NCBI GenBank assembly: GCA_020184695.1
Contig: JAANOX010000238.1
Location: 248,001-312,000, forward strand
From: Histomonas meleagridis 2922-C6/04-290x
Taxonomy: Eukaryota; Protista; Parabasalia
Length of the DNA: 64,000 nt
Direction: 5' to 3'
Below are positions 1 to 9,726 of the stretch, piece by piece (the first letter of the stretch is position 1; each line of letters begins with the position of its first letter). The position numbers and the translations under genes were made by a program. Below the pieces are notes generated by a model, which ran no database searches, was not told where the DNA came from, and saw nothing but the letters and a program-made list of their open reading frames with translations.

Positions 1-3000
1 TTACCTCCACAAGTAGGTTTATTATTTGAAGTTGAAGATTTATCTGTAGCTTCTCCTGCTACTGTATCACGTTGTGGTATGATATATATGGATGAATCAA
101 TTATTAGTTATAAATCATATATAGAATCTTGGATATTAAAAACTATTGATAATGAAAAACATCGAAATAAAATCACTACATTAATTCATAAATTCTTAAT
201 TCCATTTATCGACTTTAAACATCAAGTTTTACATGATATAATATCAACTAATGATTTAAACCTTGTAATATCATTTTGTAATTTATATGAAATTTTGGCG
301 ACACCTGAAAATGGTTTAGATCCTTCTGATGAATTACAATTTGATCCAATGATAGAAATATGGTTTTGGTTTTGTTTAGTTTGGTCCGTAGGTGGTTTAT
401 TAGATGAAGAAAGTCGGAAAGAAGCAGATTTATGGGTACGAGAATTAGAATCACCATTTCCACCTAAAGATACAATTTATGATTATTATGTTGATATAAA
501 TAAACATTGTTTATCTTCTTGGGAAGATAAATTATCATCGACTTGGAAACGACCACCAAATACACCATTTAATAAGATATTAGTACCTACAATTGATACA
601 TTAAGGAATTCATTTATATTACAAACAGCAATTCAAGGAAAGAAGAATATATTATTTATAGGGAATTCAGGTACAGGTAAAACTTCATTTATTGAAAATA
701 CATTTTTAAATAATTTGGATTCTAATACTTCATCAATGACAATAAATTTATCATCTAGAACTACCTCAAATAAATTACAACAAATCATAGAAAATGGTTT
801 TGAAATTAGAACTAAAGGTACATTTTATCCAATCGGTGGTAAACATTTAGTAGTTTTTATTGATGATTTTAATATGCCACAAAGAGATTTATTTGGGTCT
901 CAACCACCATTAGAATTATTACGTCAATGGATTGAAACTAATTCTTGGTATGATCGAGAGAAATGTACATTAAAGAAATTATTAGATATGCAAATAGTAG
1001 GTGCTATGTGTCCACCATCCGGAGGTAGACAACCAATTTCTAATCGATTAAAATCGAAGTTTATATTAATATCAGTACCTCAACCTAATGATTCACAATT
1101 AAAACGAATTTATACATTATTATTAGAGAATCATTTAAATAATTTTAGTGATGAAGTTAAATCAATAATTGAACCGATAACTAATGCTACTTTAGATTTA
1201 TATCAATCAATTTTAAAGAACTTTTTACCAACACCTAAGAAATGTCATTATATATTTAATTTACGTGATATGAATAAAGTTTATCAAGGTTTATTAGATT
1301 CAAATACTACATATTTCGATGATAGGAATTCATTTATTAAATTATGGTGTCATGAATGTTATCGAGTATTTTCAGATCGTTTAATTGATAATGAAGATCA
1401 TCAATTATTTGATCGATTAATACAAAATCAATTAAATATTACTTTGTCAACTACATTTACTGCATTATTTAAAGATTTAGGTGAGCCTACACCTCATGGA
1501 GCATTTGTACAAGAAGGTTTAGATTTCCCTTATAAAGAATATCCAGATATAGAAGAATTACGTAAATTCTTAAATGAACAATTAATCGATTATAATGAAA
1601 CAGGTAATCGAGTACCAATGAATTTAGTAATGTTTAAAGAAGCTATATATCATATATGTAGAATCATGAGAATTATAGGTCGACAATTTGGTCATGCTTT
1701 ATTAATAGGTTTAGGTGGTAGTGGTAGACAAAGTTTAACTCGATTAGCTACACATATTTTAGGATATGAATTTTATCAAATTCAAATGTCCAAAAATTAT
1801 AATGAAAAAGATTTCCATGAAGATATGAAGAAATTAATGGATATGACTGCTATTGAACAAAAGAAAGTTGTTTTTTATTTCCAAGACACACAAATTATAC
1901 AAGAATCATTTATGGAAGATATTAATTCTTTGTTATCAAGTGGACAAATACCAAATCTTTTTGAAGATGATGAAATTCAACAACGTTGTGAATCAATGAG
2001 AACAGAAGCTAAGAAAAATCATTTAATCGAAACTACGCAAAGTTTATTTGATTTATATATACAAAAATCGAAAGAAAATTTACATATAATTTTAGCTATG
2101 TCACCTTCAGGTAATGGACTTCGAAATAGAGTTAGAATGTATCCACCAATAGTTAATAATACTACAATTAATTGGTTTAATGAATGGCCAGAAGATGCAT
2201 TATTATCAGTCGCTAATAATTTAATGAAAGATATAGAATTTGTTGAAGTAGAAGAAGAAAATAAAGAAGAATTAAAACAAAAAATTATTAAATCATTTGT
2301 CGAATTCCATAAAATATCTAATAAAGATTGTATTAAGATGAAAACACAATTAAAACGACCTTTCCAATTAACTCCTACAACATTTTTAGAATTTATTAAT
2401 AATTATTGTAATTTATTAACTAAAAAACGTATTGAAATTCAACATAAAAGTGATATATATCGTAATGGTTTAAATACTTTAATTTCGACTAGACAAGAAA
2501 TAGAAAAAATGTCAATTGATCTTGAAAAGAAAAAACAAAGTGTTTCTGCTTCTCAAGCACAATGTGAACAAATGACTGAGAAAATGTTTCATGATCAAAA
2601 CCAAATGAAAGAACAAGAAAAACTTGTGAATTTAGATACTGAACAATTAGCTAAAGATGAAGCACGAATATTAGAGAAACAACAAAAAGCAGAATTAGCA
2701 TATGCACAAGCTAAGCCAGTTTTAGATGCAGCAGATGAAGCATTACAAAAAATCAAATCAAACATTACACAAATCCATGAAATTGCTAAATATACTTCAT
2801 TTCATGGTGCTATAGCTTCGATTGTTGAAGCTTTAATGGTATTATTAGGAAAACCTACTGGTACAGCAGCAGCTAAAGCAGAAATGAAAGATCCATCATT
2901 TTGTCAAAACTTACAAAAGTTTCCTAAAGAAGAAATATCGAAAGCTACATTAAAGAAATTAGGTCGTTATATGCGAATGAATGATTTAAATCCGAAAATA

Positions 3001-6000
3001 GCTGCGAATTCTTCACGTGCAGGAGCTTTATTAGCAGAATGGATTAATGCAATGTATAAATTCGGAGTTATTTATCAAGATGTACATCCATTACAAGAAG
3101 AAGTATCAAGAATTCAAGCAGAATATGATGAAAAGAAACGTGAAATGCAAATAAAACAAGATCGATTAAAACAACTTCGACTTGAATTAGAAATGTTAAG
3201 GAAACAACGTGAAGAAGTAAATGCTACACGAGAGAAACTTCAAAATGAAGCACAAGAAACTGAAATTAGATTAGAAAGAGCTAATCATTTAATTAATGGA
3301 TTAATAGGTGAACGAACTCGTTGGGAAGAAACAATTAAAAATTTCGATCAATTAACAAAATGGTTACCAGGAGATTGTTTTTTATCATCAGCATTTTTAT
3401 GTTATAGTGGTCCATTTCCTTCTGATTATCGACAATCATTAATGCAAAAATGGAAGAAATATATTCGTACACAAAAAATAATATTTAATCCTAACTTTAA
3501 TGTATCTACATTTTTAAATGAGCCAATTGATATACAAAATTGGCATGTATATGGTTTATCACAAGATGAATTCTCTGAAGAAAATGCTACTTTAGTATTA
3601 CATGGTGAACGTTGGCCTTTATGTATTGATCCACAAAACCAAGCAAATAAATGGATTAAATTAATGTATAAAGATAACTTACAAATATTAACAACTAAGA
3701 AACCTAATTATATTAATATATTAGAATTAGCTTTACAAAATGGTCAACCTTGTTTATTACAAGATATTACAGAAGATATTGATCCTTCTTTAATGCCAAT
3801 TTTAAATCGTGAATTTATTAAACGTGGAACACAAAAAATGTTTAAACTTGGAGGTAATCGATTAGTTAAATTAAATCCTAAATTTAAATTATTTATAACT
3901 ACAAAAATGTCGAATCCTAATTTAACACCAGAAATTACTTCTAAAACAACAATTGTTAATTTCTCTGTTAAAGAACAAGGTTTAGAAGAACAAATGTTAG
4001 GAATTGTAGTAGGTAAAGAACGACCAGATTTAGAAAGTGAGAAAGTTCGATTAGTTACACAAATGACATTAGATAAACAAACATTACATGAAACAGAACA
4101 ACAAATATTACAATTACTTGCAAGTAAAGAAAGTCATGAATTATTAAATGATGATGCTTTAGTAGGAACATTAGAAAATAGTAAAACTTTATCACAAAAC
4201 ATAAACGAAAAACTTAAAAGTGCTGCAGATACTGAAAAGAAAATCGATTTAGCTCGAGAAGGTTATCGATCAGTTGCGATTCGAGCTTCATCATTATTCT
4301 TTGTATTATCTGATTTAGCTTATATTGATCCTATGTATCAATTTTCATTAGATTCTTATATAACATTATTTTCACATTCATTAATTCGAGCTCAACATTC
4401 AGATGATATTAATGAACGTAATGAAAACATTAAATCAGTACATACATTAGCAGTATATAATAATACTTGTCGAGCTTTATTTGAAAAACATAAATTATTA
4501 TTTTCATTTTGTTTAGCTATACAAATCCAAAAAATTGGTGAACAACGTAATCAAAATAAAATTAATCAAGAAGAATATTTATATTTCTTACGTGGTCCTA
4601 CTAATATTAATATAAGTGAAAACATTGATACTAAACCTGAATGGTTAGGAGAACATGAATGGGAAAGTATTATCGGACTTAATCAATTACCTACATTTGA
4701 AGGTATTTCAACAAGTTTCGAACAATATAATGATGATTGGTATGAATGGTATCAAGAACAAGAACCAGAATTATTACCATTTCCAGGAGAATGGACACGG
4801 AAATGTAATTTATTACAATCAATGATTATCATCAAATGTTTACGACCAGATCGAATATTATCATGTATTCGTACATATATTATACAAACATTAGGACAAG
4901 AATTCATTATACCGCCGACATTAGATTTTAATTCTGTTTTAAAGGATTCCGATTGTTATACACCAATTTTATTTGTGTTAAGTCCTGGTGTAGATCCATT
5001 AATACAATTAAAACAATTTGTTATTCAAAACAAAAAAGTTGATGAATTTCATGACTTAGCTTTAGGGCAAGGTCAATCAGAAGCAGCTAAACAATTAATA
5101 CTTGAAGGATCTCAAAAAGGTTGGTGGATATATTTAGGTAATTGTCATTTAATGTTAAGTTGGATGGAAGAATTCGAAGGATTAATTGAAGAGATTTCAT
5201 TAACTAAAATTAATGATGAATTTCGTTTATGGATATCAAGTGATCCAAATCCTAAATTCCCTATTTCGATATTACAAAAGTCAATTAAAATTACTACTGA
5301 ATCACCAACAGGTATTCGAGCTAACATGATTGAAATGTTTAATACATTAAACGCTGAAACATTTGATAAGGCTTCAAATAATTATAAAACATTAATATTC
5401 ACATTATGTTTCTTCCATTCAATCATAATCGAAAGACGCAAATTCTTAAATTTGGGTTGGAATATTCCATATTCATTTAATCGAAGTGATTTCGAAATAT
5501 CAACAAAAGTAATTTCTAAAATTTTGGATATTTCGAACAATAATAAAATTTCATGGGAAGCATTACGATTTTTAATTGGCGACATTAATTATGGAGGCCG
5601 AATTACTGATGAATATGATCAACGTTTACTTAATGTATATATTAATCAATATTTTTGTCCCGAATTAATTAACACGCAAAATTATCAATTATCAACAAAT
5701 ACTTCGTATTATGTGCCTGATCCAACTTCATTAAATGATTATATACAATATGTGAATAAATTACCAACAAACGATTTACCAGACGCATTCGGACAACATC
5801 CAAATGCAGATATATCAAAGTTAATTAAAGAATCGAACGCTTTGTTGTCGACAATTTTATCTTTGCAACCAACAAATGTTTCAACAATCGGAGCTTCACG
5901 TGAAGAAATAGTTTTACAGATAGCAAAGGACATATTGTTGAATATTCCATTAAAAATTAATGTTCCAAGAATCAAAAATCAAAATCAGCAAATGAACGAT

Positions 6001-6738
6001 CCTTTGAAAATTGTGTTATATCAAGAAATTAAACGCTATAATAAACTAATAGAAGTTATTCGTAACTCATTAGAAAGATTAATTAAAGGAATTCAAGGTT
6101 TGGTCGTGATGTCAAATGAACTTGATATCATATTTCAATGTTTATATGACAATATAGTACCAAACCTTTGGAAGAATACTTACCCATCGTTGATGAATTT
6201 GAGCTCTTGGACTAAGGATTTGACGAAAAGAATTAATTTCTTTAAAAAATGGTTGGAAAAAGGTGAGCCTTCTGCCTTTTGGTTAGGAAGATTCACATAC
6301 CCAACTTCGTTCTTGACTGCTGTTCTTCAGAGAGTTGCACGAATTAAACATATTTCCATTGATCAACTTGAATGGAGTTTTAATGTAATGGAAACAAGAT
6401 CAATCCATGAGCTACAGCAACAAGGAAAGATACCAAACGAAGGCGTCTTAATTAGAGGATTATATCTCGAAGGTGCTAACTGGAGTAAGAAAAAAGGAAT
6501 TTTAACCAATCAGAAACCGTTACAATTGTCATGTGAAATGCCGATAGTGCACTTTTTGCCCGTTGAGAAAAGTAAAGCTGTGAAAAAGGGGGTTTATAAA
6601 TGCCCTGCTTATATTTATCCGATTAGAGGCGGTACTTCTGAGAAGCCATCACTTATATTACCGGTGGACTTACCAACGGAATTGCCTCCCGAACATTGGA
6701 CTAAAAGAGGTACAGCACTTATACTTTGTAAACCATAA
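1..6738 (+). CDS. Axonemal dynein heavy chain, 3' part (inner-arm I1/f beta, DNAH2-like); 5' end lies upstream of the window
   Basis: Frame is open from base 1 (LPPQVGLLFEVEDLSVASPATVSRCGMIYM). AAA P-loops GNSGTGKT and GLGGSGRQS, DDFNMPQRDLFGSQPPLELLRQW, stalk coiled coil, RWPLCIDPQNQA, C-terminal HWTKRGTAL. Subtype judged from remembered motif similarity. Confidence 0.95.
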   Translation, partial: LPPQVGLLFEVEDLSVASPATVSRCGMIYMDESIISYKSYIESWILKTIDNEKHRNKITTLIHKFLIPFIDFKHQVLHDIISTNDLNLVISFCNLYEILATPENGLDPSDELQFDPMIEIWFWFCLVWSVGGLLDEESRKEADLWVRELESPFPPKDTIYDYYVDINKHCLSSWEDKLSSTWKRPPNTPFNKILVPTIDTLRNSFILQTAIQGKKNILFIGNSGTGKTSFIENTFLNNLDSNTSSMTINLSSRTTSNKLQQIIENGFEIRTKGTFYPIGGKHLVVFIDDFNMPQRDLFGSQPPLELLRQWIETNSWYDREKCTLKKLLDMQIVGAMCPPSGGRQPISNRLKSKFILISVPQPNDSQLKRIYTLLLENHLNNFSDEVKSIIEPITNATLDLYQSILKNFLPTPKKCHYIFNLRDMNKVYQGLLDSNTTYFDDRNSFIKLWCHECYRVFSDRLIDNEDHQLFDRLIQNQLNITLSTTFTALFKDLGEPTPHGAFVQEGLDFPYKEYPDIEELRKFLNEQLIDYNETGNRVPMNLVMFKEAIYHICRIMRIIGRQFGHALLIGLGGSGRQSLTRLATHILGYEFYQIQMSKNYNEKDFHEDMKKLMDMTAIEQKKVVFYFQDTQIIQESFMEDINSLLSSGQIPNLFEDDEIQQRCESMRTEAKKNHLIETTQSLFDLYIQKSKENLHIILAMSPSGNGLRNRVRMYPPIVNNTTINWFNEWPEDALLSVANNLMKDIEFVEVEEENKEELKQKIIKSFVEFHKISNKDCIKMKTQLKRPFQLTPTTFLEFINNYCNLLTKKRIEIQHKSDIYRNGLNTLISTRQEIEKMSIDLEKKKQSVSASQAQCEQMTEKMFHDQNQMKEQEKLVNLDTEQLAKDEARILEKQQKAELAYAQAKPVLDAADEALQKIKSNITQIHEIAKYTSFHGAIASIVEALMVLLGKPTGTAAAKAEMKDPSFCQNLQKFPKEEISKATLKKLGRYMRMNDLNPKIAANSSRAGALLAEWINAMYKFGVIYQDVHPLQEEVSRIQAEYDEKKREMQIKQDRLKQLRLELEMLRKQREEVNATREKLQNEAQETEIRLERANHLINGLIGERTRWEETIKNFDQLTKWLPGDCFLSSAFLCYSGPFPSDYRQSLMQKWKKYIRTQKIIFNPNFNVSTFLNEPIDIQNWHVYGLSQDEFSEENATLVLHGERWPLCIDPQNQANKWIKLMYKDNLQILTTKKPNYINILELALQNGQPCLLQDITEDIDPSLMPILNREFIKRGTQKMFKLGGNRLVKLNPKFKLFITTKMSNPNLTPEITSKTTIVNFSVKEQGLEEQMLGIVVGKERPDLESEKVRLVTQMTLDKQTLHETEQQILQLLASKESHELLNDDALVGTLENSKTLSQNINEKLKSAADTEKKIDLAREGYRSVAIRASSLFFVLSDLAYIDPMYQFSLDSYITLFSHSLIRAQHSDDINERNENIKSVHTLAVYNNTCRALFEKHKLLFSFCLAIQIQKIGEQRNQNKINQEEYLYFLRGPTNINISENIDTKPEWLGEHEWESIIGLNQLPTFEGISTSFEQYNDDWYEWYQEQEPELLPFPGEWTRKCNLLQSMIIIKCLRPDRILSCIRTYIIQTLGQEFIIPPTLDFNSVLKDSDCYTPILFVLSPGVDPLIQLKQFVIQNKKVDEFHDLALGQGQSEAAKQLILEGSQKGWWIYLGNCHLMLSWMEEFEGLIEEISLTKINDEFRLWISSDPNPKFPISILQKSIKITTESPTGIRANMIEMFNTLNAETFDKASNNYKTLIFTLCFFHSIIIERRKFLNLGWNIPYSFNRSDFEISTKVISKILDISNNNKISWEALRFLIGDINYGGRITDEYDQRLLNVYINQYFCPELINTQNYQLSTNTSYYVPDPTSLNDYIQYVNKLPTNDLPDAFGQHPNADISKLIKESNALLSTILSLQPTNVSTIGASREEIVLQIAKDILLNIPLKINVPRIKNQNQQMNDPLKIVLYQEIKRYNKLIEVIRNSLERLIKGIQGLVVMSNELDIIFQCLYDNIVPNLWKNTYPSLMNLSSWTKDLTKRINFFKKWLEKGEPSAFWLGRFTYPTSFLTAVLQRVARIKHISIDQLEWSFNVMETRSIHELQQQGKIPNEGVLIRGLYLEGANWSKKKGILTNQKPLQLSCEMPIVHFLPVEKSKAVKKGVYKCPAYIYPIRGGTSEKPSLILPVDLPTELPPEHWTKRGTALILCKP

Positions 6739-6739
6739 A
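6736..6739 (+). promoter_or_regulatory. TAAA stop-coupled polyadenylation signal (trichomonad UAAA type)
   Basis: Dynein ends cca-TAAA. The same stop+A arrangement is seen after the NF1-like gene (aag-TAAAAA). Confidence 0.4.
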
Positions 6740-6777
6740 TAAAATTTTATTTATTAATAAACAAAATGTATTTATCA

Positions 6778-9444
6778 TTAAAGATTAGAGAAATATTTGT
6801 TCTCTTTGAAGTCTTCTGCAAATGGATCTTCTTTGATGTTGGATATGTTTGTAAAGTTTCTCATTGCGATATCTTTACTGTCCATATCTTCAGCAATACT
6901 TTCTTCAGTACTTCGCTTTTTGTTACGGATTCGTATTATTAATATGATAAGAATTATAATAATTATTACGATAACAACGCAAACACAAATAATTATTATA
7001 ATTGTTTGATTGTTTTTGTTTTGATTATTTGATTCGTTCTCTTTTTGATTTATAACTGTGTAATAACCTGAGTAATATGAAATATATGTTGAATATGCAA
7101 CGAATTTATACTCGTAATAGATAAGAATTGTCTCAATATATGAATATAATGAACCAAACATATAAACAGAAATAGTATTAGTGAAATGTGTTTCGGATAT
7201 AATTGTTTGAATAAATGATCCAGTGTAAATTATTGTCTTCACATATGTTAAATCAAATTGTAAAGAAGAAGTAAAATGATTCGAATTTGTAAATGTATTT
7301 GATTGAGTAAATGAATTTGAATTAGATAATGTATTCGAATGTGTAAATGTTCTTGATTGAGAAAATGTATTTGAATTAGAAAATGTATTCGAATGTGTAA
7401 ATGTTCTTGATTGAGAAAATGTGTTTGATTTTGAGAATGTGTTAGAATTAGTAAAAGTATTCGATTTAGTGTATGTATTCGAAGAAGAAAATGTTTCTGA
7501 TTGAGTAAAAGAATTCGAATTAGAGAATGTGTTTGAATTAGTGAATGAATATGAAAAAGAAAATGTTTGTGATTGCGAAAATGAATTTGATTTTGAGAAT
7601 GTATTCGAATTAGAAAATGAATTTGACATTGTAAATGTGTGTGTTGGCCAAGAATATGCGTCGCATCCTTCAATTGGCGTGGCTATAGACACATCAAATG
7701 TACCAAACATTGCATCTGAATATAGATCTGATGTCATTACATATGTTGCAGGTACATTATCAAAAACATATGAATTACCTAAAGTTGGCTGTTGATATCC
7801 CTTAAAGTAAATACAAGTAAGATCAGTGCAATAGTAAAACCCATAATTTCCTATAGAATTAACACTTGCTCCAATAACAATTGTTTTTAGAGAAGAACAC
7901 TTATAAAATCCGAAACTTTCAATTTGAGTAACAGAGTCAGATATTTTTATGTAAGTAAATGAAGAACATTCATAAAATGCATAAGCTCCAATTTGAGTAA
8001 CTGAATCAGGAATATCATATGTTTCAACTGAAGTTCCTGATGGACATGTAATGAGTAATGTGAAATATTTATCAAAAAGAATTCCATTATTGTCATTAGA
8101 AAGATAAGTATTTTCAGTAGATACTTCAAAAAATTGAAGACTAGAACATGATAAAAATGCATCAGAATTAATCGAATGTAATGATTTTCCAATTGTAACA
8201 TGTGTCAATGATTTACAAGAATAAAATGCTCTAATTCCAATTTGTTCTACATTTTCCCCAATTATAAGTTTTACTAAATTAGAACAAGAATTAAATGCAT
8301 AACTCTCAATACGAACAACAGAATCAGGAATAATTAAATTAGAAAATGCAGGACATGAATAAAATGCATTACTTCCGATTGTTTTAACTGAATTTGGAAT
8401 ATTAATATTGTTTAATGCTTTACATGAATAAAATGCTTGAATTTCAATTGTTATGACAGAATTTGGAACATTAATACTTTCTAAATATAAACATAAAGAA
8501 AAAGAATAGCCTCCAATTGTGATAACTGTGTTTGGTATTGAAAATGATGTATCAGAAATTCCTATTGGATAACATACAATTGTGGTATAATTTTTATTGT
8601 AAAGAATTCCATTATCTGTAGAAAAATATTTATTTTCATCAGAAACTTTAAATATTTTAAGTCTTATACACGATGAAAATGTATTTGGTCCAATTGAAGT
8701 TACTGACTTTGAAAGAGTAACATTAGCTAATAAAACACATGAATTAAATACACCACCACCAATGATAATGACTGAATCGCCAACTTCAAATGTTTGTAAA
8801 TTAATCCATCTCAAAAAAGCAAAGTTTTCTATTTCTTCAACTCCATCAACATAAACATATTTTGCTGTGTTTTGATATTGTTCTCTTTTGTTATATTCAT
8901 CCAAATTAGTTATCGTAAGTGTTTGTGTTGATGAATCATATTCCTCAAAAGAATAGACAAAAAATAAAATCAATAAAATAAGGTTTCTACGATAATAAAT
9001 TCCTTTGATTTTGTTTATCCAATCTCTTGCATGTTTTAGAATGACAAAGATAAGTAGAACAAAAATAATAATCGAAATATAAATAAAATGTAAGAAAGAT
9101 AAATATTTTCCATGAAAACAAAGAGAGAATTCTGTACATGTTAAATTATATTGAGTAGCAGAATGAGATAATGAGAAATTAATATCATATAATAGAAAAT
9201 TAGTATCATAATTCATATTTGAATTATAAAATGATAAATAAAATGTAGGTAGAAATACATAATCCATACTCGTTATACAAAATAAATTCGAATAATTTTT
9301 ATTTGTGATAATATTATTATTAAATTTAGATATATGTTGTGTTGAGAGTGAAAATTCTGATGATAAAATAGGTAAACATTGTATCATGTGAGTGTAAGTC
9401 ATAGCATATAAATAAAAAGCATGCATACGGTTCCAATACAACAA
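6778..9444 (-). CDS. BspA-like (TpLRR) surface protein: LRRs, S/N/T/F stalk, TM helix, tail ending DPFAEDF; start codon uncertain
   Basis: Repeats such as IPNSVITIEIQAFYSC and IPDSVTQIGAYAFYEC; SNTFS(N/Q)S repeats; IIIIICVCVVIVIIIIILIILII TM; tail EDPFAEDFKENKYFSNL. The position matching the paralog start is TTG at 8973. Confidence 0.9.
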   Translation of the reverse strand: MLYWNRMHAFYLYAMTYTHMIQCLPILSSEFSLSTQHISKFNNNIITNKNYSNLFCITSMDYVFLPTFYLSFYNSNMNYDTNFLLYDINFSLSHSATQYNLTCTEFSLCFHGKYLSFLHFIYISIIIFVLLIFVILKHARDWINKIKGIYYRRNLILLILFFVYSFEEYDSSTQTLTITNLDEYNKREQYQNTAKYVYVDGVEEIENFAFLRWINLQTFEVGDSVIIIGGGVFNSCVLLANVTLSKSVTSIGPNTFSSCIRLKIFKVSDENKYFSTDNGILYNKNYTTIVCYPIGISDTSFSIPNTVITIGGYSFSLCLYLESINVPNSVITIEIQAFYSCKALNNINIPNSVKTIGSNAFYSCPAFSNLIIPDSVVRIESYAFNSCSNLVKLIIGENVEQIGIRAFYSCKSLTHVTIGKSLHSINSDAFLSCSSLQFFEVSTENTYLSNDNNGILFDKYFTLLITCPSGTSVETYDIPDSVTQIGAYAFYECSSFTYIKISDSVTQIESFGFYKCSSLKTIVIGASVNSIGNYGFYYCTDLTCIYFKGYQQPTLGNSYVFDNVPATYVMTSDLYSDAMFGTFDVSIATPIEGCDAYSWPTHTFTMSNSFSNSNTFSKSNSFSQSQTFSFSYSFTNSNTFSNSNSFTQSETFSSSNTYTKSNTFTNSNTFSKSNTFSQSRTFTHSNTFSNSNTFSQSRTFTHSNTLSNSNSFTQSNTFTNSNHFTSSLQFDLTYVKTIIYTGSFIQTIISETHFTNTISVYMFGSLYSYIETILIYYEYKFVAYSTYISYYSGYYTVINQKENESNNQNKNNQTIIIIICVCVVIVIIIIILIILIIRIRNKKRSTEESIAEDMDSKDIAMRNFTNISNIKEDPFAEDFKENKYFSNL
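7290..7625 (-). repeat. 18-bp (6-aa) tandem repeat encoding the SNTFS(N/Q/K)S stalk
   Basis: Repeated TCNAATACATTTTCTAAT-like units; produce FELEN shadow ORFs on the + strand. Confidence 0.85.
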
Positions 9445-9726
9445 AATAACTTGAAGAACTATGAGATCCTATTTGTCAAAAAATCACATCTTCAACACAG
9501 AAATTTTTGCATCGTTTTCAATTTTGTGAGGGAAGGTAGATACGATTCATTTTTGAGAGCCACGAAATCATAACACACTCAAAAAGTGGATATAGATTCG
9601 AGGAAAACAAATTTTAACATATTTACAAAAACTGACATTCCACAACTCAATTGACTAAGTTTGTTTGCTTGGAAAATTACAAAAAAAAAATTTATTACGA
9701 AACATATTTACAAATTAATTATTTCC

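Noticed and set aside
7248-7795. Shadow ORFs over the SNTFS repeats (also 53756..54208 and 53920..54276)
   Set aside because: Antisense or alternative-frame products of an 18-bp repeat.
9048-9104. ATTT at 20-nt spacing in BspA upstream extensions (also 58745-58801) as more 17-nt insertions
   Set aside because: They fall in phase 1 of the open frame, the ends fit poorly, the alternative frames have stops, and such spacing arises easily in T-rich DNA.
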